Positions 1 through 11,464 are shown, counted from the first letter of the whole stretch. The stretch: 55,816 bases of DNA, filler included, from Sphacelaria rigidula (GCA_964200075.2; 6 parts of 6 records of this genome joined end to end with filler, not necessarily neighbours in it); one strand, 5' to 3'. Program-made: numbers and translations. The notes: generated by a model not told the origin, from the sequence alone.

Positions 1-208
1 TTCGGCTTCATGCACGAGAACGCAGTACCAGACTCATGCAAAAAATGACCGTCTGTGTACAGAACCGTTTCACAAATCTGTGATACTGTACCGTCTATGC
101 CATAAAATGGTCCCCTCGATTTTGAGTTCGTGAATTTGAGTCCCCCCGATTTTCTCAAAATCGGGGTCCCAAAAAATCGACATTCGTTTGCCATAAAAGT
201 GAGTCTTA

Positions 209-942
209 CGCCGCTCCTCACAACAGACAACAACAAAAATCAGGAAAAATGCTTTTTTGGAGCGTCTACGTCGTTTTACGCCTTAAAAGAGAGTCAGGCG
301 GAGTTTGACACCTTGAAATGACTTGCTCTACTCGTTGGGGCGGTTCCAGGACATCTTGCCGTTCTCCAGTGGCCGTAGTTCTTATTTCTGGCCAAACAAG
401 AACTTTTGGCCAAGAACGGTCAAATCTAGATATAACAAATCGCCATTATTCTATGGACTTGACTGTTCTTAGACAATAATTCTTGTTTGGCCAAAATGAA
501 ATCTGCGGCCACCGGGAAACGGGAAGATGTCCTGGAATCACCTCAACTAGTAGAGCAAGTCATTCCAAAGTGTCAAACTCCGCCTAGCTCTCCCTTGAGG
601 CGTAAAACGACGTGAAACTCCAAAAAGGCACTTTTCCAGATTTTTATTTTGTTATAAAAGTGTTATGTTGGCCAAACAAGAACTTTCGTCCAAGAACGGT
701 CAATTGTTCAAGAGTTGACCTTTTTTTCCCGTTCTTGGAGAAAAAATCTTGTTTACTCGTAGCCAAAATAAAAACTGCGGCCACCGGAGAACGGGAAGAT
801 GTCTGGAACCGCCTCAACGAGTAGAGTAAGTCATTCCAAAGTGTCAAACTTCACCTAGCTCTCTTGAGGGCGGAAAACGACGTAGACTCTCCAAAAAGGC
901 ACTTTTCCAGATTTTTATTTGCGTCTGTTACAAGCCGCGGCC
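209..942. mobile_element. Foldback MITE, PIF/Harbinger (Tourist)-like, with a duplicated right arm
   Basis: About 209-430 is the reverse complement of about 455-660, and a second right arm follows at about 665-942. Termini are (C/G)GCCGCTCCT...GCGGCC, with TTA at 206-208 and TCA at 943-945. Same family as 4654-5095. Confidence 0.75.
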
Positions 943-2804
943 TCATCAGCAGGCATCAGTCTTGCGCGAAAAGAAAAAAATCGGGACAGAATTGGAGGTC
1001 TTTTCATCCCTTGGCGCACTGCTGCTGCAGCGCCCAACCCAAGATCTAGACGCACGGGCGTGCTGATTGTGGTGTACATGACATGATACCGAAGTTTCAG
1101 CGCATAGCAGTCGATACCGTAATGACGTTTCTACAGATCGTCATTATCCAGAGGGTGTGCCAGTACTTATCTGTGTTCGTTTGCCAGCTTTGTACTTTCC
1201 CAGGAGATCATGATGTGGAAGTGAGTGCACAACTATGTCCACATATGCATTCACTCACGGTACACGGAATCTGGGCTTCGAGATAGCCGTTTGGAGGGCC
1301 TATCGACGGTATCTCGGTATTCGCTTAGTTTAAGTTGCTTGCTGGCCGAAAGGAGCTGAAACTTGGTGCACATTCTGCCTGTGTTGTGTCCAACAAGTGC
1401 GCTAACTTGCATGGTGGTCCCTTTGCCCACAGTCGAGAAACGCACAAGCAAAGTTTCCGTACAAAAGCGCAATGATTTTTGTATGCAGGCCAAGTGCGGG
1501 CAGTCACAAATACAGGACGGGCATTATTCGGGTATATTTTTGTTTTCTTAAATGTTCGCGCAAGACTGGCATAAGCAAGGAAACGGTGCGAAACGCTACC
1601 AAGCCCGAACTGAAGATGGAGACACTGTACCGTCTCCATCTCGAGTAGCATTTCTATAGTCTGATGCCCCTTGTGCACTGCACGCCAATGACTACATGCC
1701 AAATCGCACGGGCACAAAGAGAAAACACGCATTCTGCTATACTGCGTGATTACCAAAACAATACTTTCCCCCGCTGGGTGGGAGGGATGAGAAAATGAAC
1801 GCTGCCTGCGCTACTTGACGATATTGCTGAATAAGCGCCATTTTGTACTGTCGCTCTTTCTACATCATTGTGCAGCTGACGCTCTTTCTCCTGTCCCTAT
1901 ATCAATCATTCTCCCCTACTGTGCTGAATCCGATTCCTGCTTCGCTGTAATCCGATCGCTGGATCCGTCGCATTATATAACGATTCATCCCGATACACAA
2001 ACCGCAGATCCCGCTACACTTCGATTCTTCACATTCCGAAACGCTGTGGACCGTAGTTCCGCTCTACTCCCAAAAACTAAACAACCCAGGCTTGTAATGT
2101 CGAAATTCTATTACTTCTCTCGCCGCAAGCGACAAACAGACGGTGTTTGCCCCTTCAGCTGTCTCTATTTTCCCACGATTTAGCGAGACATTTTGCTCTT
2201 CCGAAAGGGTCCAGTTCCGCCCCGCGTAATCTCATAAGACAGTACAGCACAGACATGCTTCGCGCTCTTGCGTGTGACTCTCAAGTTCCGAAACAATTAG
2301 CAGCTGATCTTCGGCGCCGGTAGGGTCGATGCCGCAACCGACCAACCCCCCCTACAGGATGGGAGTCTGATGCAAGAATAGGGAAATTAACTATGGCTCA
2401 AGTCACTGGCTTCAGTGGGGTGGGGGGGGCACACCATTCCAACTGCTCTCTGGTTGCTTGTCCCTCGAATGACGAACATCCCGTATTTTCTAACGGGTTC
2501 TACCAAAACGCAGGCCAGGAGCTACCCCCCTGTTTTCTATGAAAACCTCAATATGGACGAGGCCTTAGGGGAGTCATACCCTCGATTTGAGGAGGGGTAC
2601 CCCCCAAATACTCGAGTTAATGGCTTAAGTGGGACAGTACCAGGGGGACCTACCATGTGCACGTCAAGACCCACCCCCGCGTGTCTCAAAAGTGGTCTGA
2701 GGACGTCAAGGGTGTGCTACACCCTTTTCGAGGGAGGGGTCAAACAGAAGAGAACAAGAAACGAGAAACAAATGAACATATTTTGGGAGGTAGAGGTGCC
2801 ACGG

Positions 2805-2909
2805 AAGGCGTCCGCATCAGATGCCCATTACGAATGTACCGCGCAGATATGGGAACGGTTTTTAATGTGAAGACAGCAACAGCAACAGCAACAACAGCAA
2901 CAACAACAA
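2805..2909 (+). mobile_element. Non-LTR retroelement 3' tail with (ACAGCA/ACA)n microsatellite
   Basis: GTGCCACGGAAGGCGTCCGCATCAG...GGAACGG recurs as a reverse complement at about 28690-28756; both copies are followed by CAA-type repeats. Confidence 0.6.
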
Positions 2910-2943
2910 GGGATGAACCGGGAAAATATTTGTGTTCTAGATC

Positions 2944-3030
2944 TTGACCCTTAGACCGCGAGGTTAGTCTTGTGTTGAATCGGCATCAATTTCAAGTGAA
3001 AAAAAGTATGCATGATCCAGAAAATCGACA
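2944..3030 (+). mobile_element. piggyBac-like hairpin MITE, partial
   Basis: TTGA-CCCTTAGACCGCGAGG terminus plus the family core GAATCGGCATCA. Confidence 0.5.
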
Positions 3031-3595
3031 TGTTACCTTACTCACAGGTGCCGACCGCAGTATTGCGTTGGCCAATGAAGAGCCGAATTCCCCTGCTGCA
3101 TCGAGGATCATGAGGATATTAAGGCGTGCGCGTGGTGCGCGAGCCCCCAGCGGCAGAGCCGAGCGGTAATATAGTATTCAGTAGCCAGCGCTATTATACG
3201 ACGCCGGCCATAAACCGGTCGTATAGTAGCAGCTGCTGCACGGTCGTGTGAAAGTAGTGAGTGATCCGACGTGTATCCTTGCGCCAGTGGAGCTGAGGAT
3301 CTGGGGGCTGCTACTCATCGCTGTGACACGCGAAACCGCTGAAACGAGAGTACATGCCCCGAACAAAATGAAAGATATTGGCGAACGTTTGTATGGTGAC
3401 CAATGTAGTCCCGCCGCTGCAGTTGCACACAACTCCGGGCGCCAGTCGTGAGCTATCCAGCAGGAGCTGTATGCTTGCAAGGAAGCAAGGTTGCTTTGAT
3501 TGCGCCAGATGATACCAGTACTGTAGAAGAGTTGTAGGAATCCTCGTGGTTGAACTGTACAATCGTCTATTGTCAGTCTTCGAAAGCCAATACTT

Positions 3596-4097
3596 CACGG
3601 TTAGGACGAATCAAATCGTGATTCAATTCATACTCATCATTCCAACGAAAAAACCATACGATTCGTTTATCATTCGTAATTTTTTACAGGTTTTGAGCTC
3701 TTGAGTCGTGCAGTACACCCTCAACGGTACCTGTTCCCCTACCTTCCGTTTATACTGGGTAGATGATGGGCACATATTTATCCCCTGTGAAAAAATGCGG
3801 AATCAATCGATTGTACATGTTACCCACCCTTAGTTTCATGAGGCGTGAATGGCATGTACATCTATGTCATACGTATAACTCTTGCGGGACGAAGAGTCGG
3901 CACATGGTTGAATCCTCTCATTTCATCGGCCTTGCATCAAGCGTACTTTTTCTCCCAATCTGTAATGCAGTTGAGATGACTGCACTGCATACGTCATCTA
4001 CCGTCGGGTCAATGCGGGACCAACAGCCGGCATATGGTTTCACCCTCTCATTTCATGAGGGGCCAACTCGTATAAATCGTGATTCGTCCTAACTGTG
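3596..4097. mobile_element. Non-autonomous TIR element with CAC termini (superfamily unassigned)
   Basis: TIRs CACGGTTAGGACGAATCA (3596-3613) and TGATTCGTCCTAACTGTG (4080-4097). A homologous inverted copy lies at about 17870-18255. No clear TSD. Confidence 0.7.
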
Positions 4098-4653
4098 CAA
4101 TATTTGGGCCGTTCCTCGTCTGATGACCGGAGACGAAAAAGTATATCCCGAGCTCAATTATTCGCTGGGGATACCTACACGGGTGTTTCATTGTCCGCTA
4201 TGTTTATGTAGCCCTCCGCCAGCAATTCGATGGGGTGGCTATACAGCGTGGGAGAGGGGCAGGGACGCTTGGACGCTTGGATCATAGCCAACAGTAAAAA
4301 CTGTCGCGGCCTATCGCTTGAATTACATGTTTCAAGCTTGGCTGTTTCCTTCACCAAGAACGAAAAGATACACGGGTGGTTGGATCGTGTTCTCCGCTTC
4401 TTTTACAGCAACAGCGTCCGGCGCAGGCGATATGAACTCGTGAAATGTGCAGTAGGAGAGAACGTGCTTCGATCGCGCCCAGCATCTTGGACTGCCGCCG
4501 GCCACAGCTCCAGGCATTTGTCTCTGAAAACTGGGTTACTTATTTCGTGTGCAGACGACCTACTGTGTTCCTCTCTTGAATGAAGTCACTGTTCAAGAAG
4601 CTGTCCCGCAAGACGCAAGATGAATGAATTTTGTCAAGATGATTTCACCCTTC

Positions 4654-5095
4654 GGCCGCTCCTTATAACAGACAAAAAGAAGAAAAAAAAAAGCTGGTGA
4701 AGTGCTAGTGGAGTTTGGCACCTTGGAATGACTTGCTCTACTAGTTGAGGCGGTTCCAGGACATCGTCCCGTTTCCGGCGGCCGCAGTTTTTATTTTGGC
4801 CAAACAAGAAGTTTTGTCGAAGAACCGTAAAAAGGTCAAATCTAGAAAAAATCACCACTTTTCTCTGGACTTGGCTGTTTTTTACTGTTCTTGGACAAAA
4901 AATCTTGTTTGGCCAAAATGAAAACTGCAGCCACCGGAAAACGGGAAGATGTCGTGGAACCGCCTCAACTAGTAGAGCAAGTCATTCCAATGTGTCAAAC
5001 TCCGCCTGGCTCTCTCTTGGGGCGTAAAACGACGTACAAGCTAAAAAAAAGGCACTTTTCCAGATTTCTGCTCTTGTCTATCATAAGGAGCGGCC
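4654..5095. mobile_element. Foldback MITE, PIF/Harbinger-like, nested in a piggyBac-like MITE
   Basis: TIRs GGCCGCTCCTTATAACAGACAA and TTGTCTATCATAAGGAGCGGCC, flanks TTC and TTA, long internal inverted repeat. It splits CCC|TTA|GACCGCG of the host element (4644-5200). Confidence 0.8.
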
Positions 5096-5966
5096 TTAGA
5101 CCGCGGTGCGGGCAGTCCATCTAGATCACGCATACTTTTTTTGCAAGTAAATGTTGATGCCGATTCAGCAGATGACTTTCCCTCGCAGTCAAAGGGTTGA
5201 GGCGAACAGGCCTGTCGAAGATTTTCACGGGGAAACACGTTTTTTCTAGCTATCCGCGTGTTGTACGGCCCTCGAGTAGTTATTTCCGAAAATGATATCA
5301 TCTTCCGACTAATATGTGTGAGAAAACCCCGTGTGAGCATGTATGGCGTGCATGCACGCAAGAGCTCTTTGCTGCGGCATCTTGATGACATGTGTGAGAG
5401 TTACACGTGACTTGCAAACCGCCTCCTGCCACCTGGGCCATCTTCGGAGACCTATCATTGTACCATTCTGTCATCTTTTGGTGGGCAATGATTGAATTGG
5501 TCGCTCAAGTTGGTGTAGGTGACGATACTCGCTCTCCTCTCCACCCCCCTCTCCGAAGCCAAGGCCATGACTGAAAAAAAATACTGGCCAATCAAACCGT
5601 CGATGCAGCGAGCGGTCCCAAAGACATCGAAGATTGTTTAGAATAGTGGACCACCAATCCCAATATTTCGAATGGGGCGTTTTTTTAGAAAAACAAATCC
5701 GGTGTGGATGTATACTCGGGGACGGACCATGATCCCGTCCAATGAGTGATGATGACTTTTAACAAATAACGCAGTCTATTTTTCAAGGGTGGGAAAAAGT
5801 GAACGAAAAACCCTGCTGGCGAACATTTGATGTTGCTCATCTTGCGACTCTTGGAAGCGCGGGAGCAAAGGGGGTTTCGTCCTCGGGAGTTCACGATTTT
5901 GCTTGCGTGCGTGGCTAGCAACGCCGGCATTGGGAGTTCCAACACGGAGAACTCAAAGCCTAGTAC

Positions 5967-6350
5967 TGTGTGTGTTGTGTGTTGTGTGGTGTCCTCCCGA
6001 TTACTCTGGACGACAGTCGACACCAGTCGGTATATGCCGGCGCATCAACCGGGGTCACACAAGAAGAATGCCAACACGAGAGCTCCTTTTGTTTTTATTT
6101 GTTTTAGCTCTCTACCCTCCTTTTGGGGTGCTTTGCTTTCTTTTTATCGCGAGAAGGGTTATTGGACCTTTTCCCTCCTCGACCGTGAAGTCGACCTTTG
6201 TGTACTCACGACACAGTCGCTCTCCACTCTACGGTGGGGCATGGTGTGTGAGAACAAATCCCAGATCGTGCGACTTCACCGAGATTCGAACCCACGTCTC
6301 AACCGTCAGAAGGATTCGGGGTTACCAATTGAGCCACCGGGGCTACCAGG
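5967..6350 (-). mobile_element. tRNA-derived SINE
   Basis: Minus strand has an A box TGGCTCAATTGG (6325-6336) and a B box GGTTCGAATC (6283-6292), a CA/CAA-rich tail at 5967-5990 and a TAGTAC direct repeat at 5961-5966 and 6351-6356. The 3' part recurs at about 7515-7605 (+) and 9132-9220 (-). Confidence 0.8.
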
Positions 6351-6682
6351 TAGTACGGAGGGGTGTTTTACTCCGTCGTCTTCTGAGTATGATCTACGCC
6401 ACACACGACGTGTACATCGCCTCCACGGTGTATCTACACCAAAATATTCCCTCAAAGCGACCCCGTGATCTCCATTGCGAGCGCTCCTGGACTGTCTACT
6501 GGTCATGTTTCATTACGGTAGCCGGTAGTTCTTGATCACGTGACGCTGTGTCGTTGTGTTTGTGGCTAGTAAGTCGTTCATGATGTGACGCTGCCATCAG
6601 TGTGTCTGCGACTCTCTCTTCGTCTGTTTGTCTTCCTGCCCGTCTCGCTGTTTCTCACTGTTGTCACTCTTTTCCCCTCTCC

Positions 6683-6750
6683 TGTCCCTAGCTTTGTAGG
6701 GATGCGAGATCAACCGTCATATGACTACGGCTCGGAAGATCACAAGTACT
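6683..6750 (+). mobile_element. 5'-truncated LINE tail, C-tract family variant 2
   Basis: GGGATGCGAGATCAA...ATGACTACGG...AAGTAC followed by a C-rich tract. Homologous to 31553-31624, 38747-38814 and 37828-37885. Confidence 0.6.
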
Positions 6751-6810
6751 CTCCCCCTCCCCTGTTCTCCCATCATTCCATGCGACCTTTCCCCCGCTCG
6801 GCTGTAACAG

Positions 6811-6900
6811 GTGAACTTGCGCATGAAACGGAGTGAACGAGCGGGTGCAAGCGATGCTGGCGTCGAACCTCCTTCTACTGGGGCAAGAGAAAATCAGCAG
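6811..6900 (+). CDS. Internal exon A of an unidentified acidic/low-complexity protein
   Basis: aacag| acceptor and |gtgcgt donor, 90 nt, phase 0/0, VNLRMKRSER...ENQQ; splices in frame to 7135. Confidence 0.65.
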
Positions 6901-7134
6901 GTGCGTTGTGAGGTGCCGTACGACGTTTTTTTTTTTTTAATCTCGACTAGTGTGCTACCGTGTACTTGTGGATGGAGCATGATGCAGGGGGGAGCGGACG
7001 TGGACACATAAGATTTTCGGAACATTTTTTGAAGAAAAAATACGGCTGGATTCATTTCGGATCAGTTGAATGTGTATTAACCAGTCGATCGATCTATATT
7101 TTCAATTGGTTGAAATGGAATTCCCTCGGCGCAG

Positions 7135-7339
7135 GATGAAGACGGGTACACCGGTTTTCTGGCGTCGGAGGAGGACGAGGATGGCAAGGGTAACGGAGAT
7201 GCGGCGCCGGGTCGTTTGCTGGAGGAGGGAGGAGGCTCGGATTCGGAAGAAGACGAGAGTGAGGAGCATACGGATGATGACGATGATCAAAGCGGGGAAG
7301 GTGGTGACGACCGAGATGGCGGTGAAAGCTCCGACGACG
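7135..7339 (+). CDS. Internal exon B of the same acidic protein (D/E/G/S-rich)
   Basis: cgcag| acceptor and |gtgaga donor, 205 nt, phase 0/1, DEDGYTGFLASEEDEDG...ESSDD, no stops. Confidence 0.75.
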
Positions 7340-7514
7340 GTGAGAGAAGCAGACACACGTATGTGCCGAAGTGTGTATCTGGTACTGCAAAATTCGACTC
7401 AACGGTCGACGAGGGAAGGGGACTGCTAAACCCCTCTCGCGATGAAAAAATAAAGGCAAGCACCGCAGAAGGAAGGTGGAGTACTAAAAATAAAACACGA
7501 AAGGAAAAACTCCA

Positions 7515-7605
7515 ATGTTGACCTTCCTCCTGTGTGACCCACCCCGGCTGATGCGCCCACATAGACCGAAAGGTGTAGACAGGCGTCCAGAATAGATGAG
7601 ACGAC
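7515..7605 (+). mobile_element. 3' fragment of the tRNA-SINE family (or of its partner LINE)
   Basis: TGTGTGACC...CCGGCTGATGCGCCCACATAGACCGAAAGGTGTAGACAGGCGTCCAGAAT matches the 3' end of 5967-6350. Confidence 0.65.
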
Positions 7606-7970
7606 AGTACGCTGCTGCGTCCTTGCGCGCGTGTGTGTGTGGATGTGCGTGGGTGCGTGTGTATATGTGGTTGTCAAAAGGAAAAGGATCCCTCAAGACA
7701 CACATCGTGTCAGTTTCCCCCTTTTTTGCAGGGTATAATAGTACCCACACGCACACACTTCTCCGTCCCCTCTCTCTTCGTATCCACGTGCAGGTGGGCA
7801 CGCTACCGTGTCCGGGTGCAGAAAAAACACGCGGCGCACGGTTTTTTTTTCAACTTCTGCTCACGTTTGTGCGCTCGTTCAGTGTGTCGGCAGTGTGTGT
7901 TTCGTTTACATTCACTTCCTGTTTATTTTTATTTTTATTTTTAGTTGCTCCCTCGTTTTTAGTTCTTCCA

Positions 7971-8032
7971 CTTGTAGTAGTAGTTGTGGTAGTTGTGGTA
8001 GTTGTTGTTGTTGTTGTTGTTGTTTTTGTTGT
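7971..8032. repeat. (GTA/GTT)n microsatellite
   Basis: Seen directly in the sequence. Confidence 0.9.
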
Positions 8033-8116
8033 TTTCAGATGATTTGTATGCCCGCACAACCATCTCCCATGTCATACCCCCCTCCCATCCTTTTTCGTGG
8101 CCCTGCTTCTCTGCAG

Positions 8117-8325
8117 GTAGCGGCGAGTCTCAGAGCGAGGACGAGGAGGAAGACGGCATGCTGCGGCAACAATCATCATCATCACCGTGGGGGGCAAAGG
8201 CGGGTCTCTCGACAAGGATATTGGGAAATCACCATGGAGACCGGGCCGCTCGCTCTCTTGCGAGGAAATACGAGCAAGACGAGGAAGCTTGTTTCGCTAG
8301 GATAAAAGAGCTTTGGGCAGAACAG
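8117..8325 (+). CDS. Internal exon C of the same acidic protein
   Basis: ctgcag| acceptor and |gtttgt donor, 209 nt, phase 1/0 (compatible with exon B), GSGESQSEDEEEDG...RIKELWAEQ. Confidence 0.75.
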
Positions 8326-8373
8326 GTTTGTGCGTCAGTGCGTGACCGAGTAGCGGATGGGGGGGAGGGGGGG

Positions 8374-8441
8374 CGTACTCATTTGTTGCTTGCCTTAGTC
8401 GTTTGACCATTGACCACGCATCCCTTTCGAGACGGAGCACC
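8374..8441 (-). mobile_element. 68-bp 5'-truncated LINE tail (C-tract family) with a 21-bp TSD
   Basis: GCGGAT-G7-A-G7 is repeated exactly at 8353-8373 and 8442-8462. The insert matches the 3' end of the ORF2-bearing copies at 37314-37795 and 50490-50935. Confidence 0.85.
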
Positions 8442-8759
8442 GCGGATGGGGGGGAGGGGGGGGGATTGATTCGTACGGTATCAGTCAATTACACTACAAG
8501 CGAGTAATTTTCAGACGAACCGTTAGTCGTCCGACCCGCGGAAAAGCGTTAGTTTAAACATTCAAAACGTGAAACAGACAGCGGTTCACGTGCGATATGA
8601 TGTACATCTACTACTGCACAAGACAGTTGTCAATGAACTTGGTTCACGAACTTGGTTCAGTTTTTGCGGTCGGGACGTTCTCTTTTTATTTTGTGTTGTG
8701 GCAGTTGTTGTTGTCGTTGTCATGGATATATATTTTTTTGTTATTTTTTATTACTTTTC

Positions 8760-9130
8760 TATTTTGATTACGATCGTGATCGTGATCGTGACCGTGATTT
8801 TCATCTAGTTCTCACTTTGATCTTGATTTGATTCCGACATTGGTCTTATTGATCTGATTCGATTTTGACTTTGATCTTGGATGTAATTTTGACGTTGATG
8901 ATGGTTTAATTTTGACCTTTGTATCTTGATATTTGATTTTGACCTTTGTATCTTGATATTTGATTTTGACATCTGATCTCGATATTTGATTTTGACCTTT
9001 GATCTTGATATTTGATTTTGACCTTTGATATCGATATTTGGTCTTGATTTTGGTTTTGACCTTTGATTTTTACTCTGATCTTGAATCATAATAATGACAT
9101 TGATATTGATTTTGACTTTCACCTTGATTT
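8760..9130. repeat. TTGA-rich minisatellite, core unit about 26-27 bp (GATATTTGATTTTGACCTTTG[T]ATCTT)
   Basis: At least five recognisable tandem units at about 8905-9065, with degenerate flanks. Confidence 0.85.
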
Positions 9131-9131
9131 G

Positions 9132-9220
9132 CGTGTTGTGTTGTTGTGTGTGTTGTCATCCCATTAATTCTGGACGCCAGTCTACACCTTTCGGTATATG
9201 TGGGCGCATCAGCCGGGGTC
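9132..9220 (-). mobile_element. 3' fragment of the tRNA-SINE family, cut by the contig end
   Basis: Matches 5967-6058, including the (CA/CAA) tail. Confidence 0.7.
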
Positions 9221-9320
9221 NNNNNNNNNNNNNNNNNNNNNNNNNNNNNNNNNNNNNNNNNNNNTTAATTAATTAANNNNNNNNNNNNNNNNNNNNNNNN
9301 NNNNNNNNNNNNNNNNNNNN
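9221..9320. other. Artificial contig spacer (N44-TTAATTAATTAA-N44)
   Basis: The same 100-bp linker with stops in all six frames also occurs at 18541, 27860, 37179 and 46498. Confidence 0.98.
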
Positions 9321-9593
9321 TTGACCGCTGGTCCAAGGGGTATCCACGCAACTTTTGCGCCATTCTAGGTGTCTAGGCTGCGTGTACCTGGGTTGCAACG
9401 CTGAAAACAGAGCCTAGGGATTGGTTGGTACTAATCGGATCAGCTATACTAAAACCACGTAATTTCCAGACGAATCATTATCTGTCCGACCCTTGGAATT
9501 CATTGACCACTGGAGAAACCGTGGTCTGGAATTTTTTTCCCTCTTGCTGAGTCATGCGATTTTTGTTTTATCTCGTGCACAACGTTCGCGCAG

Positions 9594-9743
9594 AACGACG
9601 CCATGGATCGAGTTCACCCCCGGCGATCAAAGGGCGACATGACCGAAGATATGCACAAGGAGCGTAATGCGCACCGTGCTGGACACGGGCACCATCTTAA
9701 AAGGAGAAAACGAGAGGCCAAGACACAGGAACAGGAAGAGAAG
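9594..9743 (+). CDS. Probable internal exon of a hydrophilic His/Arg/Glu-rich protein
   Basis: cgcag| acceptor and |gtgaat donor, 150 nt, phase 0/0, NDAMDRVHPRR...GHGHHLKRRKREAKTQEQEEK. Confidence 0.55.
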
Positions 9744-9826
9744 GTGAATACATGATACCATGTTTTCAAGGCTTAGCCGTTTGACCTCTTGTGCTGCACC
9801 GGTATTATTTGCGCTCGAAGAATTAA

Positions 9827-9949
9827 CCCTCTGGGTACCTATCCAGTGACGATTTTTGTTTTTTGTGACTCGGCATCATTTTCAATGATTTTCAGGTGCA
9901 AATGATGCCGATGCACAAGAACAAAAATCTTCACTGGGTTCTCAAAAGG
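9827..9949. mobile_element. piggyBac-like hairpin MITE
   Basis: TTAA-CCCT...AAGG-TTCA; palindromic around GACTCGGCATCA...TGATGCCGATG. Confidence 0.7.
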
Positions 9950-10794
9950 TTCACGTGAAACCCAGACGATCAAACTGGCGATGAAAGGGTAAGCCCGCTG
10001 GGTGCTAGACCTCCTTTCGGAATAGAACCATTCGCTGCCTTTTTGACCTCCTGCCGGAAACCCCGACGCCGAAGTTGAACTGCTCCTTTTTATTTGCGAG
10101 TATCCCCCCCCCCCCCCCTCTCCTAACCACAGTGCCGACCATAAGATCGCATTTCCTGGATCCCGACTTGTAATGGGTTTATATCGTTAATCTCAATGTA
10201 GTTCATTTGTCACAATCTGTGAGCGGGCGATCTGGGGGCGATCCGTGACATGTGGTGCCCAAGAGACTCAACCCTTGGATCAACAGGGTGATTCATGCCG
10301 GGTATTACCGTCATTATTCGAGTACAAAATGATGCGGGTTTAACATATGACCAAGCTTGCGGTCGTACTGTTGACTCGAAGACCCCAGAGCTCTGGGGAT
10401 CTTGACTGCAGTGGACATTGTTCGCATATCGAAAGTGGACCGACATGAGCTCGCATTGACACAAATGTAATTCGATGAAGCAAGTCCTGCAGCGAAAGGG
10501 TTCGACGATTGACGCGAAATTCAGAACAATTTTAAGGCCTTTTGAGTCATTCCCCCTCCCACATTTTCAAGATTCGTCAACCGACGTCTCTCGAAAGGGA
10601 GAGCCCACGAGTGATGAAAATCTGCACCAACTCTTCCGCTTAACGTTGAAACCTGAATTTGGGGGGTGGTTGATGGGTGAACCTATACTTGCGAGATGCG
10701 AGAATTCACTTTTTTCAGAGTACTTCCTGTCATGGACCAGGAGCAAGGGTGTACGTCGTGTTTGATAAGTCGGTGGGACGAAGTAGCACACGTG

Positions 10795-11290
10795 GGATAG
10801 CTCATGAGCTAGCTCATCTGCAGGCTGTAGCTCACTGGCTTTCAAACCTGTACATGCGAGCAACGCCCGATAGCTTACCCACGGTAAACGTGCGCTGATG
10901 AGCTACGGGTTGGTCGCTTATCCAAGACAAACATGCGTAGCTCATGTAGCTCATGTAGCTCGTCCCAGGGCGAGTATGAGCTGATGAGTTATGGGTTAGT
11001 AGCTCACTTGGGGCAAACATGCGTAGCTCTTGCAGCTCTCATAGCTCGCCCACGGCGAGTATGAGCTGATGAGCTATGGGTTAGTAGCTCACCTAGGGCA
11101 AACATGCGTAGCTCTAGCAGCTCTCATGGCTCACCCAGAAAAATCATGTGTAGCTCATATAGCTCTTACAGCTCACCTGGGGGGAGTATATATGGATGAG
11201 CTACACTCGATAGCTCACCCTAGGCAAACATGTGTAGCTCACGCAGCTCTTATAGCTCACCCAGGGAACAAATGTTCATAGCTCACTCAC
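10795..11290. repeat. AGCT-rich satellite, block 1 (about 85-bp higher-order unit)
   Basis: CGAGTATGAGCTGATGAG starts at 10971 and again at 11056. TAGCTC and GGCAAACATG subunits recur throughout. Confidence 0.85.
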
Positions 11291-11464
11291 GTCATGTGCC
11301 TAGCTAACCCGGTGTTGCTCATGATGCTACGTTTTTGTTCGAATGGACGGCATAACATATCATTAGGTCGTGTTTTGCCTCGCTCTTCACGGTGGGAAGG
11401 AAGGAGCTCAACACGAATCGTCGTTCGCATGGTCGAATGGTTGAGGACATTTTTCATGTAATAA

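Noticed and set aside
1251-1530. SWIM-finger/MULE transposase remnant (CICDCPH) on the minus strand
   Set aside because: Only a partial Cys pattern; the distal CxH and the DDE motifs were not found.
6268-6350. Functional tRNA gene
   Set aside because: A and B boxes are present, but there is no convincing acceptor/anticodon cloverleaf, and it is fused to a repeated body with a tail and TSD, so it is a SINE head.
5827-6535. Two overlapping ORFs of about 210 aa
   Set aside because: They run through the antisense strand of the SINE and have no protein features.
9265-9276. TTAATTAATTAA as a biological motif
   Set aside because: It is a six-frame stop linker embedded in Ns.
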